Positions 1 to 9,462 of a stretch of DNA of 64,000 bases are shown here, piece by piece (position 1 is the first letter of the stretch; every line of letters begins with the position of its first letter). The notes below the pieces were generated by a model. It had not been told where the DNA came from, did no database searches, and saw only the letters and a program-made list of their open reading frames with translations. Source of the DNA: Dehalococcoidia bacterium (GTDB lineage Bacteria > Chloroflexota > Dehalococcoidia > Plut-88900). A program made the position numbers and the translations under genes. The stretch covers positions 1,152,001 through 1,216,000 of the forward strand of contig OZ240215.1 of assembly GCA_965197585.1 (NCBI GenBank), in the 5' to 3' direction.

Positions 1-607
1 CCATCGAGTTTGCGACCAGCTTGCTCCACCTCTCTCCACCCAGGTTGGTCGTGACCTTTGTGCTGTCCACGATCTCCAACAGTGTCGCCACCTCCTCGAC
101 CCTCGACGTCACCTTCCCGTCCATCTCCCCGACCCGGAACACCGTGTGCGCCGCACCGCCCGCCGCCGCCGTCCGGGTCACGTGGCCCGGCCCCAGGAGT
201 CCTACGCCTATGTTGCTCGCTATGCACCCCAAGACCCTTTCCCGACCCAATGCTCCCGCTATAGTGTCTTCGTTAATCCCATTCTGAATCGACACCGCAA
301 ACCCGTCCTCAGCGATATAGTCGCGGATCAGATGCGAAGCCCAGGCCGTGTCATAGGACTTGGTGCAGATGAATACAATGTCCGCCAGCGATTTAATAAG
401 ACTCTGCACCTCATTGATGTGCAGCGCTTGAGGACGAGAGTGGTGTTCACCCTGAGTTCCGGACACCTGCAGCCCGCCCTCTTTGATCGCATTCACGTGG
501 TCGGGCCACGGGTCTATCAAGATAACCTCTTCTCCCGCCGCCGAGATCAACCCTCCTACAAAGCTTCCCACCGCCCCCGCCCCGACAAACACTAGCCGTT
601 TACTCAC
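1..607 (-). CDS. 2-dehydropantoate 2-reductase (PanE/ApbA) family oxidoreductase, runs off the window edge
   Basis: Not in the ORF track. Manual translation from GTG at 607 gives (M)SKRLVFVGAGAVGSFVGG...IDPWPDHVNAIKEGGL...FICTKSYDT...SIQNGINE, with the GAGAVG, K(S)YD and QNG motifs; SD-like AAGGGG upstream. Confidence 0.8.
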   Translation of the reverse strand, partial: MSKRLVFVGAGAVGSFVGGLISAAGEEVILIDPWPDHVNAIKEGGLQVSGTQGEHHSRPQALHINEVQSLIKSLADIVFICTKSYDTAWASHLIRDYIAEDGFAVSIQNGINEDTIAGALGRERVLGCIASNIGVGLLGPGHVTRTAAAGGAAHTVFRVGEMDGKVTSRVEEVATLLEIVDSTKVTTNLGGERWSKLVANSM

Positions 608-665
608 CTGTATTCCCCTTCCTGGTTGTCTATCTGACCATGATCATACGATTCGAAAACCGTGG

Positions 666-1016
666 CTAACGGTGCGCCAGCATGTTTACGAGCTTCCCGT
701 AAGGGTCACGAGTATAAAACCGGCGCACACCCCAGGGCTCGTCCGTGAGAGGATAAACGATCTCGAATCCGGCGGACCGTGTCCGATCGTAGGCTGCATC
801 GACGTCATCAACTTCAATCGATAGGTTTGGCACCTGAGTACCCGATCCTCCCTCACTCGCCACGCTTAACTGCACCGGGGCTTTCGAGCCGGAAGCGAAG
901 GTCGCGATCAACCCGAGGTCCATCACTACCTCAAGTCCCAAAACATCACAGTAAAACCGACGCACGTCCTCAACCCGATCCACAGCGATGTTCGCGACAA
1001 TGCGTTTGACCTCCAT
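666..1016 (-). CDS. VOC/glyoxalase family protein
   Basis: FYCDVLGL, LSIEVDDVDAAY and EPWGVRRFYTRDPYG motifs. Confidence 0.9.
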   Translation of the reverse strand: MEVKRIVANIAVDRVEDVRRFYCDVLGLEVVMDLGLIATFASGSKAPVQLSVASEGGSGTQVPNLSIEVDDVDAAYDRTRSAGFEIVYPLTDEPWGVRRFYTRDPYGKLVNMLAHR

Positions 1017-1070
1017 CTTTATCTCGTTATCGAAAGATACGGCGACAATCCTCGGAGATCACCCACCGAC

Positions 1071-2219
1071 CTACTTCTCACCCGCCCCGAACTCCGGCAT
1101 CACCTCTTCATGGAACCGCGTCAGTTGCTCCGAGTACTCCGCCAACGGCATCCCCTCCGGCCAGTGTAGGATCACGTGCTCCAGCCCCGGGTACCGTGCC
1201 TCGTACTCCTTCAGAACGCTCACCACGTAATCGGAGTCTCCGCACAGCCACACTTTCTGGTCTACCCCGTCCTCAAGAGTTGGGACGCGGCTCGGTGCGC
1301 CGGGAGTGCCCCATGGCCGACCCTCAGCATCCGTATACCGCACCAGCCCGAAGGGCGCAAACCACTTATACCGCTCATCGTGGAACAGCCTGGCCCGCTC
1401 CATAGCCTTTTCCTGGCTCCCGTCGATATAGAAGAACAAACCTAGGGCAAGGTCCTCTCCCAGCGCCAACTCCCTCCCGACCTCCGCCGCCGCATCTTGG
1501 TACTCGTGGATGACCTGGTCCGCCAGCTTCTCTCCGGTCCCATGCACCACTCCCTTGATCCCAATTTGAGCTATGTACCGCAGTGTCCGGCGGCTCGCAA
1601 TCGGTTGCCACACGTCCACCGGCCTGTGCAGGGGTCTCGGAACCAGCGTGATGTCTTTCAGGTCATACCCACGGTATGGGACCTCGGCCGGGAGGTTGTA
1701 GTGCTTGCCCTTGTGGGTGAAAGACTCCTCGTTGAACGCCTTGAAGATGATCTCCATCTGCTCCATGAACAGCTCTTTATTGGCATCGTTGTCCCGCATC
1801 GGCGATCCGAACGTCTCGACTTCCCGGGTGTGATACCCCCTCCCCACCCCAAAGATTACCCGCCCCCCGGACAGGATGTCCGCCATTGCGAAGTCCTCGG
1901 CCAACCTGAGCGGGTGCCACATCGGCACGATGTTGAACGCGCACCCGAACTTGAGCCGCTTGGTCTGCGTCGAAAGGTAGGTGCTGAGCATCAGCAGGTT
2001 CGGGATGCACTCGTATCCCTCCCTCTGGAAGTGATGCTCTGCCATCCACAACGCGTAGTATCCCTGCGAGTCCATCTGCTTGGCGATGGCTTCCGCCATC
2101 CCGAAGCATTCCGTCAGCCTTTCGTTCGGGTATCGCCGGTCCTCTGGCGCCGTCCCATCCGCTCCCACGTTGTCCAACTCGATATGGCCCACATACAGGG
2201 ACGAGAAATGCTTGATCAT
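1071..2219 (-). CDS. LLM-class (luciferase-like) flavin-dependent oxidoreductase
   Basis: WMAEHHF, HPLRLAEDFAMADILSGGRVIFGVGRGY. Confidence 0.92.
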   Translation of the reverse strand: MIKHFSSLYVGHIELDNVGADGTAPEDRRYPNERLTECFGMAEAIAKQMDSQGYYALWMAEHHFQREGYECIPNLLMLSTYLSTQTKRLKFGCAFNIVPMWHPLRLAEDFAMADILSGGRVIFGVGRGYHTREVETFGSPMRDNDANKELFMEQMEIIFKAFNEESFTHKGKHYNLPAEVPYRGYDLKDITLVPRPLHRPVDVWQPIASRRTLRYIAQIGIKGVVHGTGEKLADQVIHEYQDAAAEVGRELALGEDLALGLFFYIDGSQEKAMERARLFHDERYKWFAPFGLVRYTDAEGRPWGTPGAPSRVPTLEDGVDQKVWLCGDSDYVVSVLKEYEARYPGLEHVILHWPEGMPLAEYSEQLTRFHEEVMPEFGAGEK

Positions 2220-2257
2220 CTACCTGGCCTCTTCAAAACGGTATCTTGGAATTTTTG

Positions 2258-3022
2258 CTAGGTTGCCATGTAGCCGCCGTCTATCGGGAACACGTGCCCC
2301 GTGACGTAAGACGCCGCATCAGTGCACAGCCACACCACCACCTCCGCTATCTCCTCCGGTTTTCCCATCCTCCCGATGGGCTGGTCGTTGTGCAGCTCTT
2401 CCTGCGGTGTGTTATTCGACTCCATTATCAAGTCCATCATCGGCGTCATGATCACACCTGGCGCCACCGCGTTCACCCGGATCCCTTGCCGAGCGTAGTC
2501 CATCGCCGCGCTCTTGGTCAGCCCCGCCACCCCGTGCTTGCTTGCCGTATATGCCGATGTCCCACTCGACGCCACCAGCCCCGCCACCGACGAAGTGTTC
2601 ACTATCGCCCCACCCCCCTGCGTCAGCATCTGTGGGAGTTCATACTTGATGCAGAGCCACACCCCCTTCAAGTTCACTCCGATCACCCGGTCCCATTCAT
2701 CCTCGGGGTATTCGTGGAACGGGATGCGGGTCCCGGTGTGGATTCCGGCGTTGTTGAAGGCTGCGTCTATCCGACCGAACCGCGACACCGTCTCCGACAC
2801 CATCCGTTGCACTTCATCGACCTTGGACACGTCCGCCGTCATCCCCCACGCCTCCCCTCCCCCACCGAAGATCAAGTCCACTGTCTCCTGCATCGGCCCT
2901 TCCATCAGGTCCACGGCCATCACCTTCGCCCCTTCCCTGGCAAACACCAGTGAAGTCGCCCTCCCAATCCCCGACCCCGCCCCAGTCACTAGGGCCACCC
3001 TGTCCTTCATACTATCGCCCAT
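2258..3022 (-). CDS. Short-chain dehydrogenase/reductase (classical SDR)
   Basis: TGAGSGIG, NNAG, YTASK; SD AGGAGG upstream. Confidence 0.95.
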   Translation of the reverse strand: MGDSMKDRVALVTGAGSGIGRATSLVFAREGAKVMAVDLMEGPMQETVDLIFGGGGEAWGMTADVSKVDEVQRMVSETVSRFGRIDAAFNNAGIHTGTRIPFHEYPEDEWDRVIGVNLKGVWLCIKYELPQMLTQGGGAIVNTSSVAGLVASSGTSAYTASKHGVAGLTKSAAMDYARQGIRVNAVAPGVIMTPMMDLIMESNNTPQEELHNDQPIGRMGKPEEIAEVVVWLCTDAASYVTGHVFPIDGGYMAT

Positions 3023-3050
3023 GTTTCTCCTCCTGTGTCATTCCTGTGGA

Positions 3051-4094
3051 TGTCAGGTAATTCGTTGACAGAATTAGGTGGATTTAAGGGTCTCCAAAGG
3101 GGTCTTTCCGTCCATTGCCTGGTGGGGTCTCTGAGTATTGTAGTAGATCAGGTATTGCTGAAGCTCGTCCTTCAGTTCCGAGACCGATTCGAAGGTTGTC
3201 CCCTCCAGCAGGTCCTCGTTCAAGGTTCTCCAGAACCGCTCTATCTTCCCGTTGGTCTGGGGCCTATAAGGGCGGGTGTAGCGGTGCTTTATGCCCAGCT
3301 CATTGAGCATCCGTTCCATGGGGTGGCCCTCGGTGTTCCTTGGGGAGGCCATCTCGGGGCCGTTGTCGGTGAGGATGGCCTCGAATTGGATGCCGTACTC
3401 CACGTTAAGGAAATTGATGGACTTCAGAGTAGCAAACATAACGGAGAGACTCTTGATGTCTCCGACCACTTCGGCCCAGGCCAGACGGGTGTAGGCGTCG
3501 ATGAGGCCCACCAGGTAGTAGCGGTGCTTGGTGCCCACGATGGTATCCCGGCTGAGGTGGTGGCTGTCCAGGTGGCCCAGCTCTCCTGCCCGGGTCTTGA
3601 TGATCTTGCGCTTCGACTGCTGCATCGGCTTTGTGAGCCTATTGAAACCGTGGCGTCTGGTGATGGCGTAGATGGTGGAGGGCTTAGGGGTGTTGTGTTT
3701 AAGGATGGGTTTGAGTATGGCATAGATCTCGTAACGGTTGGTACCGTTAAGGCGCTCGTTGATGACCTTCTGCTCAATGTAGGGCAGGGTGCGGCGGGAC
3801 TTCCACCCGGGACCCCGCTTACGGGGGAGGAAGGCGTTGTCGGAGGGGGAGAGGAGGAACCGGTTGTAGTACTTGGCGAAGGTCTGACGGCTAGTGCCGT
3901 GGAAGGAGTAGAAGTCCTGGGCGAAGCGGAAACGGGGATGCTTCCCTGCCTTGACCAGTTGATACTCATGGATGAGGAACCGCCACTTCTGAATGTAGTT
4001 CCGCTCAAGGGTGAGGTCCTTGCTATTGTCTCGCATTCTCGCCTCCAGATTGGTGTTGGCCTCTTATACCAATCTGTCAACGAATTACCTAACA
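3051..4094. mobile_element. IS481-family insertion sequence (1044 bp)
   Basis: 22-bp terminal inverted repeats with 1 mismatch: TGTCAGGTAATTCGTTGACAGA at 3051-3072 and TCTGTCAACGAATTACCTAACA at 4073-4094. TGT...ACA ends. No target duplication visible. Confidence 0.9.
3074..4036 (-). CDS. IS481-family DDE transposase (integrase core)
   Basis: GELGHLD, IDAYTR, LTDNGPE, RPYRPQTNGKIERFWRTL, YYNTQRPHQA. Confidence 0.93.
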   Translation of the reverse strand: MRDNSKDLTLERNYIQKWRFLIHEYQLVKAGKHPRFRFAQDFYSFHGTSRQTFAKYYNRFLLSPSDNAFLPRKRGPGWKSRRTLPYIEQKVINERLNGTNRYEIYAILKPILKHNTPKPSTIYAITRRHGFNRLTKPMQQSKRKIIKTRAGELGHLDSHHLSRDTIVGTKHRYYLVGLIDAYTRLAWAEVVGDIKSLSVMFATLKSINFLNVEYGIQFEAILTDNGPEMASPRNTEGHPMERMLNELGIKHRYTRPYRPQTNGKIERFWRTLNEDLLEGTTFESVSELKDELQQYLIYYNTQRPHQAMDGKTPLETLKST

Positions 4095-4128
4095 CTTACA
4101 ATTCCCATTCGGTCCCTTCTCCTCTGAC

Positions 4129-4312
4129 GAAGACTTTGTCTAACCGTCATTCTCTCCGTGTCTGGCACACTATCCGCAGGGGTGGGGCATTCCGCTCGCC
4201 CTGAGCTGGCTGAAAGTCCGCCGAGGCGGATCGAAAGGTCTCAAAAGCGGATTGGGCGGGGCGGATCGCACATCACACCGCTCATCCTGAGCTTAGTCGA
4301 AGGGTAGAGCGA
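4129..4312 (+). repeat. Composite intergenic repeat (MITE-like left end plus REP-like hairpins)
   Basis: GGGGTGGGGCATTCCGCTCGCCCTGAGC...TCGAAAGGTCTCAAAAGCGG matches 9282-9365 and 62193-62257; CCGCTCATCCTGAGCTTAGTCGAAGG resembles 21945-21980. Confidence 0.75.
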
Positions 4313-4331
4313 GCCGCACATCACGCTCCCT

Positions 4332-5240
4332 TCACCCCTCAATCCCCGCGTAGTGCAAACTCTGCCCCACAATATCCACCCCCACAAGCTCACTGTGCGC
4401 CGCCAGCAGTTGCCTAGTCACCGGCCCCGGTATCTCACTCCCAATCGGCCTCTTGTCGACCCGGGACACGGGCACGATTCTTGGGCTGGTACGGCTAAAG
4501 AACACCTCGTCGGCGGTGTACAGATCGTAGGGCTGAAGGTCTTCTTCAAGTGCCGGGATCCCGAGACTCTCGGCCAACTCGAACACCACCTGCCTCGATA
4601 CTCCCTGGAGAATGTTGTCGTCCTTGGGCGTCTTGAGAACACCGTCGTTGACGATGAACACGTTGTACCCCAGTCCCTCGGTGACATTGCCTTCCACGTC
4701 CAGCAGCAGGGGCAGTCCCTCCGGGTCGACGTCCCGTGCTTCCAGCTCAGCCAGCACGAAATTCATCCTGCTGTGGTGCTTCACCTTGGCGTCGAGCATC
4801 GAGCTGGAGTAGCTGCGCACCTTGGTGATGATGGCGTGCGCCCCGTCCATGTAAAACCTTGCAAATTCCTCGAAGTGTATCGGCTTGATAATCACGCACA
4901 CGCTCGGGGGGCCATCGACTGAATCTCCACGGGTGATTATTGGGTTTATCGCAAAGTCCCCGACTTCGTTCCGCCGATGGTCGTTCCTCGCCACTCCCTC
5001 GCGGCACACCTCTAACATCTCCTCTTCTCCGAATCCCGGGTCAACCCGCACGTACTTCAACGACCGGTACAGCCTGTTCACATGGTCTTCCAGCCGGAAC
5101 GGCACCCCTCCGAATGTCCGCCCTTGGTCGAAGACCACATCCGCCACCGCAAACCCCCGGTCGTGCGGCGGAAATAGCACCTCGCTATAAGGCACCCACT
5201 CCCCATTGAAATATGCCGTGTAATCGTTGTAGTTTCCCAT
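4332..5240 (-). CDS. PLP fold-type IV aminotransferase (BCAT/D-amino-acid transaminase-like)
   Basis: YFNGEWVP, DRGF, HVNRL, catalytic K in AKVKHH, EGLGYNVF, ILQGVSR. Confidence 0.9.
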   Translation of the reverse strand: MGNYNDYTAYFNGEWVPYSEVLFPPHDRGFAVADVVFDQGRTFGGVPFRLEDHVNRLYRSLKYVRVDPGFGEEEMLEVCREGVARNDHRRNEVGDFAINPIITRGDSVDGPPSVCVIIKPIHFEEFARFYMDGAHAIITKVRSYSSSMLDAKVKHHSRMNFVLAELEARDVDPEGLPLLLDVEGNVTEGLGYNVFIVNDGVLKTPKDDNILQGVSRQVVFELAESLGIPALEEDLQPYDLYTADEVFFSRTSPRIVPVSRVDKRPIGSEIPGPVTRQLLAAHSELVGVDIVGQSLHYAGIEG

Positions 5241-5257
5241 CTCTCTCCTCCTGATTT

Positions 5258-5297
5258 CCCCCTCTCCCTTGACGGGAGAGAGTTAGGGTGAGGGTGA
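5258..5297 (+). repeat. REP-like hairpin family A (CCCCTCTCCCTTGACGGGAGAGGG.TAGGGTGAGGGTG)
   Basis: Related copies at about 7494, 23036, 24156, 25436, 52399, 53826, 62128 (half) and, reversed, 31305. Confidence 0.85.
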
Positions 5298-5310
5298 TCC
5301 TACCCCCACA

Positions 5311-6477
5311 TTAACCAACAAATAACTTCACCGGAGCAACGGATTCGGTAGACCCACCCCCCACCAACTCAAACAACTCCACCCCCGGCTCCCGAGCCAT
5401 CCGCATCAGAAACGGCTCCGCATTCATCCACCCCTCCGGACTCCCGACTCCCCTCCGCCCAATCTCCCCCGACGCCACCATCAACGTGGCCAGCGCCGCC
5501 ACAGAGGTAGTTCCCCTCCTCGAATAGTCCTGGGCCTCGAACACCCGCCGGCAGGCCTTCCCGTCCTTCTCTCCCTCCACCCTGACCCGCACAGCCATCG
5601 GCTCATCCAGCGGCTCGATGTCGAAATACGGCTTCCCCTCCTCAGACGACAGGAACGTCATCAGAAATTCCATCGGGCTGGTCTCCAGGCCCGGAACATT
5701 CTCATATGACGTGAATCCCCACCGCACCATCGTCTCCATGAAGTCGTTCCCTTCAGCCTGGTGCAACCCGCCGCTTGCCGTGACCTCGGTCAGGCTGGGT
5801 ATCGACTGTGAGATGGTCACCGGGTCCGGAACGCCCGTGTAATACACCTCCTTCGCCCCGACTGGCGGCAGAAACTCGATCTCTTCCCTATTGGCGAACA
5901 CCCCAGGTTTTACATAATCACCATCGATAAACTGTGGCGCGAGGCCGCTGTTGATCCGAAGAAAGTGTTGTATTGCCGCCGGGTAGTTCAGCGAATAGTT
6001 CCACGAAAACCAGATATTCACTCGACGAGGGACGTCCATACTGTCACAGGCGTATCGAGCCAGCACTCCACTCAAACCCGGCATGATCCCGCATCCGGTC
6101 AGCACGGCGACTCCCTCGTCCTTTGCCTTCCGGTCCCAGTCCGGGTTGAAGAACAGCTCTTCCGCCGGTTCATGGTCGTCGCCCATGTCCACATAGTGCG
6201 TCCCTGTCTCTATCGCCGCCTCTACTACCTTCAACCCATGCAGATGATAAGGCCCGACCGCATTGAACACCGTGTCGACTTTGCTTAGCGCCTCTTTCAA
6301 CCGGACTTTGTCGTCCACGTCCAGTGCCATCCATTCCGCCCCCGTCCTCTCCGACACCCGCCGCGCCCGCTCCCCGTCCTTGTCCGCCGCTACCAGCTCT
6401 ACTCCCTTTCCCTCCTCCGCGATCTGATATGCAATCCCCCGGCCGTGGAACCCGCACCCCAGCACCATTACCTTCAT
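5311..6477 (-). CDS. Saccharopine dehydrogenase-like NAD(P)-dependent oxidoreductase
   Basis: VLGCGFHG, NAVGPY, HYVDM, GCGIMPGLS; start overlaps the upstream stop (ATGA). Confidence 0.85.
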   Translation of the reverse strand: MKVMVLGCGFHGRGIAYQIAEEGKGVELVAADKDGERARRVSERTGAEWMALDVDDKVRLKEALSKVDTVFNAVGPYHLHGLKVVEAAIETGTHYVDMGDDHEPAEELFFNPDWDRKAKDEGVAVLTGCGIMPGLSGVLARYACDSMDVPRRVNIWFSWNYSLNYPAAIQHFLRINSGLAPQFIDGDYVKPGVFANREEIEFLPPVGAKEVYYTGVPDPVTISQSIPSLTEVTASGGLHQAEGNDFMETMVRWGFTSYENVPGLETSPMEFLMTFLSSEEGKPYFDIEPLDEPMAVRVRVEGEKDGKACRRVFEAQDYSRRGTTSVAALATLMVASGEIGRRGVGSPEGWMNAEPFLMRMAREPGVELFELVGGGSTESVAPVKLFVG

Positions 6478-7466
6478 AGTCTCCCCAACAAAGGGGCCAC
6501 CTCTTCGACGTACCGACCCAGCTGCTCAGTCATGTCCGGCCCCACGAACCGCAACACGGGCGTTGTGCATCCGGCATCCACGTAGGACTGGATCTTTTCC
6601 GCCACTTCTTCAGGCGGGCCGTAAGCAACCCAAAGATCGATAAGTCCCGGGGTGACGAATGCGGGCCCGTAGTAGGAGACCAGGAATTGGTGGGCCTGCT
6701 CATAGGCGACGTCCCTGTCATTGTGTATGTTCACCATCAGGTGCAGGCACGAGTCCAAAGCCCCCGCGTCCCGACCCATCCCCGCCGCATACTCCCGTAT
6801 CCTGTCGAATCTCTCCCGGAAATCCTGCGGTTCTATCGCGTCCGTCTGCCACCCGTCCGAATGCTTCGCCACCCGGCGCAGCACCCTTTCCATCAACTCC
6901 GGGCTATAGTCACCCTTGGGGTTTACGGCCAGCCACAGCGGGACCCGGGCCTGGACGGGCTTGGGCAGCGCATCGACTTCCTCGAACTGGAAGAAACGCC
7001 CCTTGTGGGTGACCTTCTCCTCCGACCAGAGCCTCCGCAATATCTCCATCCCCTCCAGCACCCGACCCACCCTCTCCCCCGACGCCACGCCCATCACCTC
7101 TAGCTCTTGAGCGTATTGCGGCCCGTACCGGGCCGACCCGCCGTTTCAGACAGCCAGTATCGTTCGACCCCCCGACAGTACGTCCAGGCTCGCCCACTGG
7201 ATCGCCAGTTGTACGGGGTTGCGAAGCGGGAAGCTGGCCAGGCATATGGTGCCCAGTTTTACATAACTGGTACGTGCAGCAATGGCTGATAGGAGAACAA
7301 GGTAGTCGAGCCTCGGTTTGGACAGCAAATTATCCCCGACCCACACGCCATCAAAGCACCCCGACTCCTCCGCCGCCACCGCCGCATCCACCAGCTCCGA
7401 CACACTAGTCCCCCCAGACACCACAGACCTGTTGGACAAGCTTATTCCGTACTTCGCTCCAGCCAC
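6474..7466 (-). CDS. LLM-class flavin-dependent oxidoreductase with in-frame TGA at codon 107 (candidate selenocysteine; alternatively nonsense mutation)
   Basis: ORFs 7146-7466 and 6474-7097 share one frame: ...LDVLSGGRTILAV-TGA-NGGSARYGPQYAQELEVMG...; read-through gives a full-length 330-aa LLM; hairpin directly downstream of the TGA. Confidence 0.8.
7119..7135 (-). promoter_or_regulatory. Candidate bacterial SECIS hairpin
   Basis: mRNA: UGA AACGGCGGGU CGGCCCG GUA CGGGCCG; perfect 7-bp stem starting at +11 after UGA, loop begins G-U. Confidence 0.6.
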
Positions 7467-7643
7467 TATATGGTGTTCCTTCCACTAGTCCCTCCCCTCT
7501 CCCTTGATGGGAGAGGGCTAGGGCCGTAGGCTCGCTGAGGAGAGTGAGGGTGTTCCTTTAATCTAAGGACTAGCTACACAGAATGGTATCATATACCCTG
7601 GCCAGCTTCTCTAGCTCTTCATCCACAACCGGAGTCCCTCCCC

Positions 7644-8984
7644 ATGCCTGCCAACACCAAGACCCTCGACACCATAATCGTAGGCGGCGGCATCGCCGGC
7701 CTCACCATCGCCTACCGACTCCAGGACCAGGACATCCTCCTCCTGGAAAAAGAAGACTACTGCGGCGGTCGCACGCTCTCCAAACAGATGGGCGAGTACG
7801 TCTACAACATGGGCGCCCAGGTCGTTAACGGCGACGACAGCCTCGTTGCTCCCCTCGCCGACGAGCTCGGTGTCACCCGCAGCCTAATCAACAAGACCAA
7901 GCTCCCGATAATCATGAAAGGCAAACTGGTCGCCGCCTCCAACGAGCCCTCCTTCCTCTGGCAGCTTCCCATCTCTCTATCCGACAAGATCAAGCTCGGG
8001 TGGCGGGTGCTCAACCTCAGGCGCAAGTACGGCGAAGTGCGCAAGGACTTCCCCGACATCAACGACCCCGACATCGTCCACCTCAACTCCATGACCCTCG
8101 CCCAGTACATGAACCTCGAAACCGGAGACCTCCGAGACATTTGGGACACCGTCGCCCTCGCCACCACTACTACCCATGCTGGCGAGTCTTCTGCCTACCA
8201 CCCCATCAGCACCTTCCTACACTTCATGGCGAAGGAGTATTTCGTCAACGGTGGGACCTGGCAAATCACCCGTGCCCTCTGGGACCGACTTTCCGACCAA
8301 ATAGAAACTTCTGCGGAGGTCTCCAGGGTCGAACAGGGCTCGGATGGCGTCACAGTCACCTATTCCCAGGGTGGTCGAACCCACACCGTGCGCGCCCGAA
8401 AATGCGTCATGGCTGTCCCCGCGCCTGTCGCACTCCCCATAATCGATCCTCTTCCCGACTGGAAGCGCGAGGCCCTGGCCGCCGCACGATACGGCTCCAT
8501 AACCAGCGCCGGCTTCCTCCTGGACCGCAACTCCGAGGACTTTCTCGGAAAGGGTGTCTGGCGGGTCCCGACCGTGCGCAGCCACCTCGTATCCGTTACA
8601 AACCCCACCATCACCTTCCCCCAGGAGGTAAAGGACAGGACGGGCCAGGGTCTCCTGCGCGTCTATACCGCCGACGCAGAGTCCAAGCGGCTCTCCATGC
8701 TCTCCGACGGCGAGGCCCTAGAGTCCCTCATGGAAGAGCTCTACGCCGTCCTCCCCGACACCCGTGGCCACGTCATAATCGGCGCACTGAAGCACTGGGA
8801 ACACGGCGGAAGCCCCTGGCTCGTTGGTCGGCTGACCCACGTCCCCAACATCCAGGCCCCCACCGACAACATCCACTACGCCGGAGACTACACCGCCGGC
8901 TCCGGCATGGACGCCGCCGTCCACTCCGCCTCCCGAGTCCTCACCGAACTAGGCCACGGCCCCCTCTTCCCCACCCCCGCCTAA
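7644..8984 (+). CDS. FAD-dependent oxidoreductase, flavin amine oxidase/HemY-like family
   Basis: IIVGGGIAGL...LEKEDYCGGR, GAQ, C-terminal HYAGDY...MDAAVHSA. Confidence 0.85.
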   Translation: MPANTKTLDTIIVGGGIAGLTIAYRLQDQDILLLEKEDYCGGRTLSKQMGEYVYNMGAQVVNGDDSLVAPLADELGVTRSLINKTKLPIIMKGKLVAASNEPSFLWQLPISLSDKIKLGWRVLNLRRKYGEVRKDFPDINDPDIVHLNSMTLAQYMNLETGDLRDIWDTVALATTTTHAGESSAYHPISTFLHFMAKEYFVNGGTWQITRALWDRLSDQIETSAEVSRVEQGSDGVTVTYSQGGRTHTVRARKCVMAVPAPVALPIIDPLPDWKREALAAARYGSITSAGFLLDRNSEDFLGKGVWRVPTVRSHLVSVTNPTITFPQEVKDRTGQGLLRVYTADAESKRLSMLSDGEALESLMEELYAVLPDTRGHVIIGALKHWEHGGSPWLVGRLTHVPNIQAPTDNIHYAGDYTAGSGMDAAVHSASRVLTELGHGPLFPTPA

Positions 8985-9062
8985 CCCCCTATCCTATTGA
9001 GAGACCCTTTCTTGTACCAAGGGAGAGGCCGATAGGCAGTGTCCAATACCCTCTTCCTCAAC

Positions 9063-9365
9063 GAGACCTTTGCATAACCTCTCTCGGTGGGGCAGGGCCG
9101 CTCGTACTGAGGCTCTCGAAGTATGAGCGGGGGCAGGCCCCGCACTGCCAATCCGTCAAGAACGCCTACCCCACCCAACTCCCTCCACCCCATCATCCCG
9201 CCCCCCCGATCCGGCTGCAAGTGCGCCGGGGCGTAAATCCATCCCTCCTTAACTACACCTTCGCATAACCGCCGTCCCAAAGGGTGGGACATTCTGCTCG
9301 CCCTGTCGCAGATCCGCTGAGGCGGGAGTAGAGTTGAAGGGTCTCAAGAGCGGAATGGGCGGGGT
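9063..9365 (+). repeat. Composite intergenic repeat: MITE-like end GAGACCTTTGCATAAC, hairpin family B, hairpin family E with 21-nt insert
   Basis: CCGCTCGTACTGAGGCTCTCGAAGTATGAGCGG (9098-9130) nearly identical to 25389-25420 and 55387-55419. Confidence 0.8.
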
Positions 9366-9462
9366 GTCCCGCCCCCACCCCCATTCAAACAAAGAGGCCC
9401 CGAGAAAACACAAACCGTCCTCCCGGGGCCCCAATCCCCACTCAGGCCGTGAAACCCGAACC

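Noticed and set aside
3035-4204. 389-aa plus-strand ORF over the IS481
   Set aside because: Antisense shadow of the transposase; no motifs.
7146-7148. Genome-wide UGA reassignment (Trp or Gly code)
   Set aside because: Many genes here end at TGA at their expected C-termini (pgk, tpiA, dapL, hisD), so UGA is normally a stop.
8000-9268. Long Arg/Pro-rich alternative-frame ORFs (also 35166-36245, 49019-50092, 60901-61821)
   Set aside because: Typical high-GC shadow frames overlapping well-supported genes.
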